64,000 nt of DNA from the NCBI GenBank assembly GCA_963712005.1, contig CAVQGK010000024.1:728600-792599 (forward strand), written 5' to 3'. A program made the position numbers and the translations under genes. Source of the stretch: an uncultured Chloroflexia bacterium (lineage in GTDB: Bacteria; Chloroflexota; Ktedonobacteria; Ktedonobacterales; JADMIN01). Under the pieces are notes generated by a model that did not search any database, was not told the DNA's origin, and worked only from the letters and a program-made list of their open reading frames with translations. Positions 9,609 to 20,082 of the stretch are shown here, one piece after another. Numbering within the stretch: position 1 is the first letter of the stretch; each line of letters starts with the position of its first letter.

Positions 9609-10874
9609 ATGTCTGCTCATAACAACGAGTCATTGTCTACCGCGCCGATTGTTCCCGTTCTGACGGAGAAAGCCGCCGACGTACCTGTCCACAGCCATCT
9701 CATGTCACTTCGGCACGAGATACGTGCGCTACGTCGGCGTCAGCAAGACGATATCGAGACGTTTCGCGCGGAGTTGGCGGCCGAGTTTGCGTCGCTCCGG
9801 GCGGTCACCCCTGCTATTTACGAAGACGACATAGTCAGCGCCACTGAACAGCAAGAGTCCTCGGCGCATTTGACGAGTCGACGGACGCTGCTCAAGTGGG
9901 GCGGGGTCGGCGCCGCAGCCGCCCTGGCCGCCGCTGGGGGCGCGTCGCTGAGCATGCCGACGGCTCGTGCAGCCGATGGCGCCAATCTGGTGCTGGGCAA
10001 CGCGAGTAACACCGCCGAACACATTACCGCGCTTAGCTATGATGGCAGCGAGACGAAGCCAACCGCGTTCAAGGGGTCCATCGGCGACAACGGTCTTGCG
10101 ATCAACGGCAACGCGGGAAACTTCAACACCGCTGGCTCCGCAGGTGTCGGTGGCATAGCAGCCGATGGCGCAGGCGCCGCTGGCGTTGCAGGTAACGCTG
10201 GCGCCAACGGGACTGGAGTCTACGGAGTCGCAAAAGGGAGCGCCGCCTGCTGGGGTGTGTGGGGTTTTACTGATGCAGGTGTCGGGGTCCAGGGAGTCAG
10301 CCAGACTGGCATTGACTTGGTGGCAAACGGTTCTGGCCGCATCGCCTCAAATATCCAGCTTGACGTTGGCGCACCCACCACTGGAACGTACCTCGCTGGC
10401 GAGCAGATTCATGATGCGGGTGGCAACCTGTTCATCTGCATCGCGGGTGGCACACCCGGCACGTGGCTGAAAGTAGCCGCTGCCGCTGCTGGCAGGGGTG
10501 GTATGGTCAATCTGCTGTCCGCGCCCATTCGCCTGCTCGATACACGCCTATCGATTGGGAAGCTTCCTGCGGGCTCGGTGAATGTCCTTCAGGTGACTGG
10601 CGTGGATGTTGGTGGAATTAGCGTGCCCAAAGGCGCGACTGGCGTGGTGGGCAACGTCACCGTGGTACAGCCCAATGGTGGTGGCGATCTGCGTCTCTAT
10701 CCTGCCGGCGCGCCCCTGCCTGGCACCAGCTCGATCAACTTTGCCAGCGGCCAGGTCGTTGCCAACGGTGTGACGGTTGGACTCAACACCAGCGGACAGA
10801 TCAGCATCAAGGTCGATATGCCCGCCAATACCTCGACCCATGTGATCTTCGACGCCAGCGGCTACGTCATGTAA
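9609..10874 (+). CDS. secreted or membrane-anchored protein: N-terminal coiled coil, Tat-like signal-anchor, Gly-rich repeats, C-terminal beta domain
   Basis: Intact 421-425 aa ORF. Twin-arginine motif TSRRTLLKWGGVGAAAALAAAGG about 95 aa from the N-terminus. GxGxxG-rich middle region. The C-terminal LLDTR...GDLRLYPAG...SSINFASGQVVANGV...FDASGYVM resembles an uncharacterised actinobacterial cell-surface domain. Confidence 0.7.
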   Translation: MSAHNNESLSTAPIVPVLTEKAADVPVHSHLMSLRHEIRALRRRQQDDIETFRAELAAEFASLRAVTPAIYEDDIVSATEQQESSAHLTSRRTLLKWGGVGAAAALAAAGGASLSMPTARAADGANLVLGNASNTAEHITALSYDGSETKPTAFKGSIGDNGLAINGNAGNFNTAGSAGVGGIAADGAGAAGVAGNAGANGTGVYGVAKGSAACWGVWGFTDAGVGVQGVSQTGIDLVANGSGRIASNIQLDVGAPTTGTYLAGEQIHDAGGNLFICIAGGTPGTWLKVAAAAAGRGGMVNLLSAPIRLLDTRLSIGKLPAGSVNVLQVTGVDVGGISVPKGATGVVGNVTVVQPNGGGDLRLYPAGAPLPGTSSINFASGQVVANGVTVGLNTSGQISIKVDMPANTSTHVIFDASGYVM

Positions 10875-10887
10875 GCACTGAGATGGG

Positions 10888-10932
10888 GATTGAATGGGCA
10901 GAGGTCCGTATGCCCTGGTTGCCCATTCAATC
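10888..10932 (+). terminator. 13-bp perfect stem-loop after the 10874 stop (no U-tract)
   Basis: GATTGAATGGGCA, 19-nt loop, TGCCCATTCAATC. Confidence 0.4.
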
Positions 10933-10976
10933 TCGCTATCACCAGGGAATTCGCGAACTACCTGAGGAGAAATCCG

Positions 10977-11183
10977 ATGCTACGAGATAGCTCGAACCCG
11001 GCAACGCCACAGCGCCCACCACGTCCAGCGCCAAAGACGCTGGCGCCAGCGCCGCAGATACCCGCGCGAAAACATCCGCTCACCGCGCGGCCTAAATTCG
11101 CGACGCCACAGGTTCCCGCGCGCACGAATCCACACCCTAAACATCCCGCGCCACAGATCCTGAAGCGCTCAACCGCGAAGTAG
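10977..11183 (+). CDS. small basic proline-rich protein (68 aa), hypothetical
   Basis: ATG lies 7 nt after GAGGAG. Internal degenerate repeats PQ(I/V)PAR. It has no recognisable family and could be non-coding. Confidence 0.3.
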   Translation: MLRDSSNPATPQRPPRPAPKTLAPAPQIPARKHPLTARPKFATPQVPARTNPHPKHPAPQILKRSTAK

Positions 11184-11211
11184 GATCGGTTCTCGCTGGA
11201 TGACGTTGGAT

Positions 11212-11249
11212 GGAGTGGGCGCCCATAGTGAACTATGGGCGCCCACTCC
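11212..11249. terminator. 17-bp perfect hairpin between convergent genes (bidirectional terminator candidate)
   Basis: GGAGTGGGCGCCCATAG, tgaa loop, CTATGGGCGCCCACTCC. Confidence 0.6.
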
Positions 11250-11263
11250 TGATTTACAGCACA

Positions 11264-12631
11264 TCACGCGCTGGGGAAGAGATCCTCCGCCGGGCGCGGG
11301 CCGATGGCCACCTGTACCAGCGGATCCGTCAGCGGGAAGCGTTCGAGCAGGCGCATGATCTGCTCGCGGCTGACGCTATCAACCGCTTCCTTCAACTCCT
11401 GAATCGTCGTCAGCTTCCCCTCGAACCACCACGACCGCAGCAGTGCTCCCATCCGCGCTGCCGAGCTTTCCCCGCGCATCACCAGCTCGCTCTTGAGCTG
11501 CACTCGAGCGCGCTCCAATTCGTCGTCGGTCACGCCCTTCTCGCGCAGGAGCTTCAGCTCATCCAGCATAACCTTGACGGTCTCTGGCGCCTTCTCTGGT
11601 GTCGTCCCAGCGTAGAGGAAACCCGCGCCAGATGCGCCGTTGGGCGCAAACATCGCCGCCACTGAATAGACCAGCCCACGCTTCTCGCGCACCTCGCGGA
11701 AGAGCCGCGAGGTCATGCCGCCGCCGAAAATCTCGGTGACGACCGAGGCGGCGTAATAGTCGGGATCGCCATAGGCCGGGAAGGGGAATACCATCGCGAT
11801 ATGCTGCTGGTTGCCCTCCTGCGGCTCGACAAAGACGGAGGAGGCTGGGTGTGGCAGGGCGGTCGCCGAGGCGGGCGCGGCGCCGCTCCAGCTGCCAAAT
11901 AATTCGCCGACGCGCGCCACCGCGGCATCCCAGTCGAAGTCGCCCGCAATCGAGAGCACCGTACCGGCTGGATGGTAGCGCGCCTGCCAGAACGCATGCA
12001 GGTCATCGCGGGTAATCGCCTCGACGCTCATCTGCGTGCCAAGAGCGCGCCGGGCGAGCGGTGAGTTTGTATAGTAGTGTTCGCGGGCCAGATCGAAGAT
12101 ACGGCGCATCGGCTCATCGTCGCGGCGGCGAATCTCCTGCAACTGCACCGCGCGCATCTGCGTCAGCTCCTCTTCGGGCAGCGCGGGATGGAGCAGCACA
12201 TCGGCAAAAAGATCGAGGGCGGTATCGAGCCGGTTGCCGACAATCTGCGCCGAGTAGCGAGCGAATTCGATGGCCGACTCTCCACCTTTACGCGCGCCGA
12301 GCGCTTCGAACTCTTCCGTGAGTCGGCGTACCGAGCGATGCTCCGTTCCCTGGAACATCATCTCAGAGAGCAGGTAGGTCAGGCCGAGCCGGTCGTCTGG
12401 CTCGTCGCGTATGCCCGCATCGAGCTGAATGCCGAATGTGACGGAGGCCAGGCTTGGCATGCGCTGCCCGACCATACGCAGGCCATTCGGAAAGACGTGC
12501 ATGAAGTAGTTCGAGGCCAACTCGCTGCCCGTCGTGCTAGTCGACTCTGAAGTGTTCACCCAGTGCATCCTTTCTGCCGGCGAAAGAATACGCCGGGGCT
12601 TTCTCGTCATGATTGTACGATACCATAGCAT
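11264..12631 (-). CDS. M16 (pitrilysin/insulinase) family protein lacking the HxxEH zinc motif
   Basis: M16 fold motifs are present (FPNGLRMV, MMFQGTEHRS, two-domain length). The zinc-site position reads TYLLSEM instead of xHFLEHM. The start is uncertain (ATGs at 12631, 12568 and 12502). Confidence 0.75.
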   Translation of the reverse strand: MLWYRTIMTRKPRRILSPAERMHWVNTSESTSTTGSELASNYFMHVFPNGLRMVGQRMPSLASVTFGIQLDAGIRDEPDDRLGLTYLLSEMMFQGTEHRSVRRLTEEFEALGARKGGESAIEFARYSAQIVGNRLDTALDLFADVLLHPALPEEELTQMRAVQLQEIRRRDDEPMRRIFDLAREHYYTNSPLARRALGTQMSVEAITRDDLHAFWQARYHPAGTVLSIAGDFDWDAAVARVGELFGSWSGAAPASATALPHPASSVFVEPQEGNQQHIAMVFPFPAYGDPDYYAASVVTEIFGGGMTSRLFREVREKRGLVYSVAAMFAPNGASGAGFLYAGTTPEKAPETVKVMLDELKLLREKGVTDDELERARVQLKSELVMRGESSAARMGALLRSWWFEGKLTTIQELKEAVDSVSREQIMRLLERFPLTDPLVQVAIGPRPAEDLFPSA

Positions 12632-12655
12632 CCGCCCGCTGCCGAAATCAGCCCG

Positions 12656-13965
12656 TCAACCCTGCGGCAACGACTCAGCCGACGTCGAATCGACCGGCTC
12701 ATGCCGACGCGACCAGCGCGGCAATATCGCCCGCATGGTGATCCCCTGCCCGAGGAGCGTTATCAGCACGACGCCATAGGTGACGAATTCGAACAGGCTG
12801 CCATTAGGTATCCCTTGCGGCAGGCTGAGCACCAGCGCCAGCGAGAGCGCGCCCCGTAGGCCCGGAGAGCAAGATGATCGGTCGCCAGCTACGCGGCACC
12901 GGCATGATGCGAGCTACGCAGACTCTTCTGCGCGTTCCGCCGACGGTGCGCATACCAGTGGGCAATGCCGTTCTGAAGCGTCAGCAGCAGAAAAATCATC
13001 AGCGCCCGCCCGACAACAACACCGACGATTGCCCAGAGCAACGGCCCAAAGACCGCGCCGAGATGCGAGTTGCTAATTTGGATGCCCAGCAACAGAAAGA
13101 GCAGCGAGTTGGCAATGTAACTAATGAACTCCCATATATCGTCCACCACATCGCGGGTGCGTTCTGACATGCTGCGTTGACGCCCATAACTGCCAAGTGT
13201 GAGGCCAGTCATCACGACCGCCAGCAGGCCCGACGTGCGGAGCAGGTCGCCCACCAGATAGACACCATATGCGGCGCTAAAGGTGATGGTCATCTCGATC
13301 AGGTGATCGTCGAAATGCCTGAGCAGCCGTGAGATGGGAAAGCCAAAGGTCAGCCCAAGTCAGTCGGCCCACCAATGAATGAGCCAGACCGTCTCAACGC
13401 CCACCTGCCACCCGGCGATGCGTCTGCGCCGACTTGCCCTCCTCGATCGAGCAATAGGCCAAGGACAATCGTATAGGCGGCAGCGCCAATACCGTCGTTG
13501 AAGAGACTCTCGCCCTCGATGATGGTACGCATCCGCTCGCCTATTCCCAACCGGCGGAAAAGGCTGACGACCGCCACCGGATCGGTAGGCGAGATGATCG
13601 CGCCGAGCAGCAGCGCTTCAAGCCAGGTCAGGCCAGCGCCGAAATGGAGGGCCGACGCGGCCACCGCCAATGAGATCAGCAGGCCAGGCACAGCCAGCAA
13701 TAGACACCGGCAGCCAGTTCTTCAGCAGCACCGTAACACTGACATTCCATGAGCCTTCAAAGAGCAGCACCGGGATGAAGATAAAGAGGACCACATCGGG
13801 ATTGAGGTGAATGCCGGAGACGATGGGAATCCGACCGAGCGCCAGACCCACCAGCACCAGCGCGAGCGTATAGGGAAAGCGGAACTGCCGGGCAACCAAC
13901 GCTACGACCAGCGAGACAATCAACAAGAGCACCAGTTGTTCGATCTGCTCCTCCGCCAGCGCCAT
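12656..13965 (-). pseudogene. Na+/H+ antiporter (CPA1/NhaP type), at least 3-4 frameshifts
   Basis: The fragments FPYTLALVLVGLALG, AIISPTDPVAVVSLFRRLG...GESLFNDG, YLVGDLLRTSGLLAVVMTGL and LSLALVLSLPQG lie in four different frames. The final stop is at 12656-12658. Confidence 0.75.
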
Positions 13966-14079
13966 CGCCTGCTCCTCTCACCAGCAGCCAGATCCGCCGC
14001 CGCCGCTCAGGCAAAGGCGCGGACCTGCTCCACTTGCTCTACAGGATATACACGCAATATCCGCTTCAGCCAGCCCATC

Positions 14080-14827
14080 TCACGGCGTGTCGCCCGCGTC
14101 AGATCCGCCCGCGACGGGTCGCGCAAAGGCCAGCCCCCAGACCGATGCTGCTCCGGCGTCGCGTAATGGCTCGGCAGCGGCGTCGAGCGTACTGCCGGTC
14201 GTCGTCACATCATCCACCAGCACAATCCGCCGCCCGGCGACGCTCTTTGCGGCAGTGGGGTAGGAGAGGGCAAAGGCGCCAGCCACGTTCAGCAGACGCT
14301 CCGCTCGCGAGAGAGGGGTCTGCGCCCCGGTTGCACGCGCGCGTACCAACAGATCGGTACGAACGGTCAACCCCCTGTGACGCCGCGAGGGCGCGCGCCA
14401 GCAGTTCCGCCTGATTGTAGCCTCGCTCACGCCGTCGGCTGGTGTGCAGAGGGACTGGAATGATCATATCGGCGGTATGAACATCGGCTTGAAAGGGCGC
14501 TGCCATGAGCGGCGCGAGACGTTCAGCCACACGCCGCTGACCGCGGAACTTGAGCGCCAGGATAGCGGGGCGAACCGCGCCCGCATAGGTGACGGCCACC
14601 CGGACTCCGTCGAGATACTTCGGGCCATGACCATTGGCGCAATCCAGGCAGAGACTTGAGGCGGAATCGGTCGTCACGTGGATTGTCTGGCCACAGCGGG
14701 CATACATTGGCGCAGCGGGCGGCTGCATGCTACTCAGGCAACTGGCGCAGACCGCCACCCCCACACGCTGACAGACGACACAGCGCGGTGGGAAAATCAT
14801 GTCCAGCAGGCTGCTCAGTCCCGGCAT
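14080..14827 (-). pseudogene. comF: ComF family phosphoribosyltransferase-like protein, one frameshift
   Basis: The N-terminal Zn-finger region (PPRCVVCQ...CASC...CLDC) through IIPVPLHTSRRRERGYNQAELLA lies in the frame of ORF 14210..15814. The PRT motif IVLVDDVTTTGSTL lies in ORF 14080..14430. The frames switch at the C5/G5 homopolymer at 14371-14375. Confidence 0.75.
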
Positions 14828-14874
14828 AGCGCACTCACCAACCCACTCATCATTTAGAACGGGGGTACACACCT

Positions 14875-16503
14875 TCACCCGGTGGGAGCGACCGGCGTCC
14901 CCACACGCCGTAGCAGCGTGACGTCGCCCGCGCGCCCAACGACTTGGTAGTGGCCTGACTGCAACATGATTCCCAGCATATGCTCGTCGTCCGCGCGCGA
15001 GACGGAGATGGCGTCGGGAATATCCACGGCTACATACTCGGCAAGGTACGACTGCGGGTCGGGCATCAGATAGATGGTATAGCGGCTGCTCAGGCGAGGA
15101 TTCAGCGAGTCGGTGGCCGCGACCGTGGCCGACTGTGGCACGCGGTCCAGCAGAGTGTTGACCTCGTTCTGATGGGGAATCGGTGTATCGCCAGCGTGCC
15201 AGAATGACCCGATCATACCGCCTGCCGTCGTGGTGAGATTCCACCAACCAGTCACCAGCAGCCAGAGAACCACCAGCGCGCAGAATCCAACGCGAGGGGA
15301 CGGGGATATGCTCCAGTAGCCTGCGCCAGCCCCAGACCACCAGCCGCGCCAGTGCGGTGATACGCGCCCGGAGCGTCGTCTCAGTTGTGCACTCAGGTCG
15401 AGGAGTCGGTTCGCCGCGCTCGACCCGTTGTCGCGCCGCCAGCAATGCCGCAACGCCGTAGATCGAGGCGGGCATGACATACGCCAGAATCACCGCATTA
15501 TACTGAAAGAAGCCGCTGTACTGCTCCACATGCGCGCTGAGAATATTGACCGCCAACTCAGGCAACGCGCAGAGCCAGAGCGCGGGCATGAAGATGCCCA
15601 GCCCACCCCCAGTACGCAGCAGCATCGCCAGATAGCCAAATCGGTCGGCATCGAGGATGGTCAGCGGCAGATATGGATTCGCGAGGATGTTCTTCAGCGC
15701 CGCGCCCGCTGAGCCACCGAGCCAGCTATAGCGATACCAGAAGTTGTTGCCGCCAGACATGCCGCCGTTGAAATGTGGCAGGATGACACGCAAAGCACAA
15801 CGCGGCATACGCAATCGAGAGCAGCGTCACGGCCAGACCAAGTCGGGGACGTTTATACCAGAAGATGATGAGCACGCCCAGCAGCGCCAGCGAGAGCGCC
15901 ACATCCTCTTTGGTGAGCGCGGCCAGAATCGCGGCCACCACGAAGATGCGATAGCGTCCGGCGTCGAGCGCCCAGATCGCGAGGATGAGCAACGGGGTCG
16001 CCAGCGCCACGCTATGGAAGTCCCAGAGCGCCGCGCCAAGAAACTCCGGCGCGAGCAGATACGAGGCGGCAAAGGCGACACCGAGTAGCGGCAGACCCGG
16101 CAGGCGGCGCAGGCTGAGCATGAAAGAGCGGAATCGCGCCGAGCGCCATCGCCACGTTCTGGATCACGATCAGCGTCTCGGGCCCATCATGGATGAGATA
16201 GAATGGCGCGATCAGCACCAGGATAGGCTCGACATGGATGCCAAGGCGCGTCGGTGGCCCGAACCAGTCTAGCCCACGATTGGTGAAGCGGAAGGGGTTG
16301 CCGTGCAGGGTATTCCAGACGGCCTGATTCATGTTGCCGAGGTCAAAGGCGTCGGCATGGTAGGTCTGGTAGCGTGCGATGCTATGCTGGCAGACAAGGA
16401 TACTATCGACAACGACGAGCAACAGCACCAGCGCCCATGCGAGACGCCGCTGGCCTTCCAAGGTGCGCAACGCATCGCCAGAAACGCCGCAGCCACTGGC
16501 CAC
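14875..16503 (-). pseudogene. DUF2079-like polytopic membrane protein, at least 3 frameshifts
   Basis: Collinear fragments lie in ORFs 16012..16503 (YHADAFDLGNMNQAVWNTLHG), 15726..16121, the 5' half of 14210..15814, and 14875..15480. Confidence 0.6.
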
Positions 16504-16578
16504 TGCTGGCGCATCGTGTGGCGTTGGCGCGGCGTGCGTCGTTCGATGGAGTCGTCATGAGGGCAACATTCCGGGTAC

Positions 16579-17049
16579 TTAGAGCGGCTTGACCCGCACG
16601 AGCGCGTCGCCCCTCTGGACGAGCTGGCCATTTTGCGCCGGAATCGAGGCGATGATGCCCGACACCTCGCTTTTGATCTCGTTGAAGACCTTCATCGCCT
16701 CGACGATGCACACGATCTGCCCCGCCTGCACCATCTTTCCGACTTCGGCAAACGGCTCGGCGCTGGGCGACGACGCGGTATAGAACACTCCAGTGAGTGG
16801 CGCGACGATCGCGACGCCGACATCGGCCGGGTTGGGCGCCATTGCGGACGCGACTGGCTCAGCGCGTAGCGGGCGCGGCGCGCGTGTCGCGGAGACAACC
16901 TGTGTCGCCGGAACAACGACAGGCGCATCAAGGCGACGCCGTAGCGCAATGCGCACGCCGTCCTCAGTGAGGTCAAGCTCACTGACGTCGGTGCCTTCGA
17001 GCGCCTCGGCCAGCGCTTTTACCCGGCTGACAAGCGATTGACGTTCCGT
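16579..17049 (-). CDS. accB: acetyl-CoA carboxylase biotin carboxyl carrier protein
   Basis: Biotinylation motif CIVEAMKVFNEIKSE. The N-terminal homology (VSRVKALAEALEGTDVSELDLTEDGVRI) continues upstream of the GTG at 16956, up to an ACG codon (17047-17049) placed 6 nt after GGAGG. No canonical start codon exists there. Confidence 0.8.
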   Translation of the reverse strand, partial: TERQSLVSRVKALAEALEGTDVSELDLTEDGVRIALRRRLDAPVVVPATQVVSATRAPRPLRAEPVASAMAPNPADVGVAIVAPLTGVFYTASSPSAEPFAEVGKMVQAGQIVCIVEAMKVFNEIKSEVSGIIASIPAQNGQLVQRGDALVRVKPL

Positions 17050-17107
17050 AGGTCGCCTCCTCTATTCCAACCGCATCCGGCAACATCAGGATGATCGTTA
17101 TTTATCA

Positions 17108-18349
17108 CTAAGCTTCGTAGCGACGCATGACCAGCACCGCGTTGTGTCCGCCAAAGCCCATCGAGTTAGAGATGGCAATCTGCGGATTCGTTGTTCGCGC
17201 CTCGTTCGGCACGTAGTCCAGGTCGCATTCTGGGTCGGGATGCTCAAGGTTGATGGTCGGCGTGATTATGCCGGTATGCAGCGAGAGCGCCGTCACCGCC
17301 GCCTCGATTCCGCCAGCAGCGCCGAGTGTGTGGCCGATCATGGACTTCGTCGAACTGATCTCCAGCTTGCGCGCGTGATCGCCGAAGACCGTCTTGATCG
17401 CCTGCGTCTCGTTACGGTCATTGTAGACTGTCGCCGTGCCATGCGCGTTGACGTAGTCCACCTGATCGGGAGCGATACCGCCCTTCTTCAGCGCCTTGCG
17501 AATGGCGCGCACGAGGCCCTCGCCGCCAGGAGCTGGCTCGGTGATGTGGTACGCGTCGGCGGTGCTGGCATAGCCGACGATCTCCGCATAGATGCGCGCG
17601 CCACGCTTGCGGGCGTACTCCTCGTCTTCCAGGATCAGCACGCCCGCCCCTTCGCCCATGACAAAGCCATTGCGCGTTGCGTCGAACGGGCGGCTGGCAT
17701 GAACTGGGTCATCGTTGCTGCGCGAGAGGGCATGCATGCTGGCGAACGACGCGATACCCATCGGGGTAATGCCACACTCGCTGCCGCCCGCGATCATTGC
17801 CACCGCATCACCGCGCCGGATAATCTCCGCCGCCTCGCCAATCGCATTGGCGCTGGTGGCGCAGGCCGAGACCGTGGCGAAGTTCGGTCCCTTCGCGCCA
17901 GTTTGCATCGAGATAAACCCGGCCGCGATGTCAGTGATAAACATGGTGATGAAGAATGGACTGACCCGGTCAGGTCCGCGGTCGAAGAGCACCTTGAATT
18001 GGTCATGGCACGTTGCCAGGCCACCAATACCTGAGCCGATGATGACGCCGACATCTTCAGCGTTCTCGTCATTGATCGTGAACTCGGCGTCCGCCAGCGC
18101 CTGCGTGCTCGCGCCCATCGCATAATGCACAAAGCGGTCGTTGCGCCGAACCTCCTTGCGATCCATATACTGTGACGGGTCGAACCCCTTCACTTCACAG
18201 GCGATACGGGTCTCCTGATCGCTGGCATCGAAGACGGTAATCGGACCACCGCCCGACTGCCCCTCACATAGCGCCTTCCAGGTAGACGGGGTATCGTTGC
18301 CAACGGGCGAAACGATCCCGATGCCGGTCACTACGACGCGCCTGGTCAT
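17108..18349 (-). CDS. fabF: beta-ketoacyl-ACP synthase II
   Basis: MTRRVVVTGIGIVSPVGN, active-site ACATSANAIG, HGTAT and GHTLGAAG. ATG at 18349. Confidence 0.9.
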   Translation of the reverse strand: MTRRVVVTGIGIVSPVGNDTPSTWKALCEGQSGGGPITVFDASDQETRIACEVKGFDPSQYMDRKEVRRNDRFVHYAMGASTQALADAEFTINDENAEDVGVIIGSGIGGLATCHDQFKVLFDRGPDRVSPFFITMFITDIAAGFISMQTGAKGPNFATVSACATSANAIGEAAEIIRRGDAVAMIAGGSECGITPMGIASFASMHALSRSNDDPVHASRPFDATRNGFVMGEGAGVLILEDEEYARKRGARIYAEIVGYASTADAYHITEPAPGGEGLVRAIRKALKKGGIAPDQVDYVNAHGTATVYNDRNETQAIKTVFGDHARKLEISSTKSMIGHTLGAAGGIEAAVTALSLHTGIITPTINLEHPDPECDLDYVPNEARTTNPQIAISNSMGFGGHNAVLVMRRYEA

Positions 18350-18518
18350 ATGATTGCTACCTCTCAGCAAGTCCGTTCGCGCTCTACCCAGAGACAGAGC
18401 TGGCCGGTTGTTAGATTGTCTGGCCATCGCGCCTGTGGCACGCTATGGCATACGCTATTGTACCAAATTGCTTCAAGCGTTCGGGGGATTGCCGTGCCCC
18501 ATACGCTCCGACCTTTTC

Positions 18519-19874
18519 TCAACCCTTGATGCCAAATTCTTCGCCATGATCGGCCAGGAAGTTGGTATACACTTCCCCGCGCACGAAGGTGTCGTGTTCC
18601 AGGAGCTTGAGATGGAAGGGAATCGTCGTCGGAACCCCCTCGATCTCGTACTCACCCAAGGCCCGTTTGCCGCGCGCGATGGCCTCCAGACGGGACGGCG
18701 CCCAGACGATCAGCTTCGACAGTAGCGAGTCATAGTGCGGCGGCACGTCGTAGCCAACGAACAGATGCGAGTCCACGCGCGTGCCGGGGCCACTCGGCGG
18801 CAGATATTTCTCGATGGTGCCGGTCTGCGGGCGGAAGTCATAGGACGGGTCTTCGGCGGTGATGCGGAACTCAATGGAGTGCCCACGAAGAACCACATCT
18901 TCCTGGCTAAACCAGAGCGGCTCACCTGCCGCCACCCGCAACTGCGCCTGCACGAGATCGATGCCCGTCACCCACTCCGTCACGGGATGCTCGACCTGGA
19001 GGCGCGTATTCATCTCCATGAAATAGTAGTTGTTGTCTTCATCGACCAGGAATTCGAGCGTGCCGACCCCGCGATAGCCGATGGCCAACGCCGCCGCGAT
19101 GCCTCGCTGGCCCATCTCACGCCGGAGCGCCTCTGGCAGGCCAGGGCTGGGCGACTCCTCGATCAACTTCTGATGGCGACGCTGCACCGAACAGTTGCGC
19201 TCACCCAGATAGACGCCGTTGCCGTAGTTGTCACAGAGCACCTGCACCTCGACGTGCTTTGCTCGTCCCAGATACTTTTCGAGATAGAGGCCATCGTCGT
19301 GGAAGGCCTCGCGCACCTCGCTCTGCGCCGTAGTGAAGACGTGGTCGAACTCCTCGGGACGCCGCACCAGCCGGATGCCACGTCCGCCGCCGCCCGCCGC
19401 CGCCTTCAGCATCAGGGGGAAGCCAATCCGCGCGGCCGCCGCGACGCCCTCGCCCACTGAACGCAGCACATCCGTGCCCGGTAGCATCGGCAGGCCGCCG
19501 CGCATCATCGCATCGCGCGCCTGCACTTTATCGCCCATCTGCACCATCGCGGCGGGCGGCGGCCCAATGAAGACGATGCCGCAGTCCGCGCAAATCTCGG
19601 CGAAACTGGGGTTTTCAGAGAGAAAGCCATAGCCGGGGTGAATCGCTTCGGAGCCAGTAAGCATGGCGGCGCTGATGAGGTTGGGGATGTGCAGGTAGCT
19701 CTTGCTGCTGGGGCCAGGACCAATACAGATGCGTTCATCGGCCAGACGAACCGGCAGGGAGTCCTGGTCCGCCTCGGAGTAAGCGATGACCGTGCTCACT
19801 CCCAACTCGCGACAGGCACGAATCACCCGCAACGCAATCTCGCCACGATTGGCGATCAGCACCTTATTGAACAT
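18519..19874 (-). CDS. accC: acetyl-CoA carboxylase biotin carboxylase subunit
   Basis: MFNKVLIANRGEIALRVIRA, ATP-grasp motifs and EMNTRLQVEHPVTE. Confidence 0.92.
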   Translation of the reverse strand: MFNKVLIANRGEIALRVIRACRELGVSTVIAYSEADQDSLPVRLADERICIGPGPSSKSYLHIPNLISAAMLTGSEAIHPGYGFLSENPSFAEICADCGIVFIGPPPAAMVQMGDKVQARDAMMRGGLPMLPGTDVLRSVGEGVAAAARIGFPLMLKAAAGGGGRGIRLVRRPEEFDHVFTTAQSEVREAFHDDGLYLEKYLGRAKHVEVQVLCDNYGNGVYLGERNCSVQRRHQKLIEESPSPGLPEALRREMGQRGIAAALAIGYRGVGTLEFLVDEDNNYYFMEMNTRLQVEHPVTEWVTGIDLVQAQLRVAAGEPLWFSQEDVVLRGHSIEFRITAEDPSYDFRPQTGTIEKYLPPSGPGTRVDSHLFVGYDVPPHYDSLLSKLIVWAPSRLEAIARGKRALGEYEIEGVPTTIPFHLKLLEHDTFVRGEVYTNFLADHGEEFGIKG

Positions 19875-20082
19875 CTATTTCTCGTGCCTCGTCTCTCACA
19901 TCGTCTACAATTTGGACTCGCCCAGGCGCACAGAAAGACCCCGTGCCCGCGCACACAATTGGGGCATTTGGCCACAGTGTACCATCCAGTGTATCACGCG
20001 CCCAGTGCGCGGTGTAGAGGTATACTGCTGGCCTGCGCGGACAGGGAGTCAGAAATCGCGAATTTCTGGCGGGAAGCGTTAA

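Noticed and set aside
14210-15814. A 534-aa ORF that looks like a single large gene
   Set aside because: It is a chimera. Its 3' third is the genuine ComF N-terminus (from ATG 14827). Its 5' two-thirds alternate between in-frame and out-of-frame readings of the frameshifted DUF2079 membrane protein. It has no coherent domain structure as one protein.
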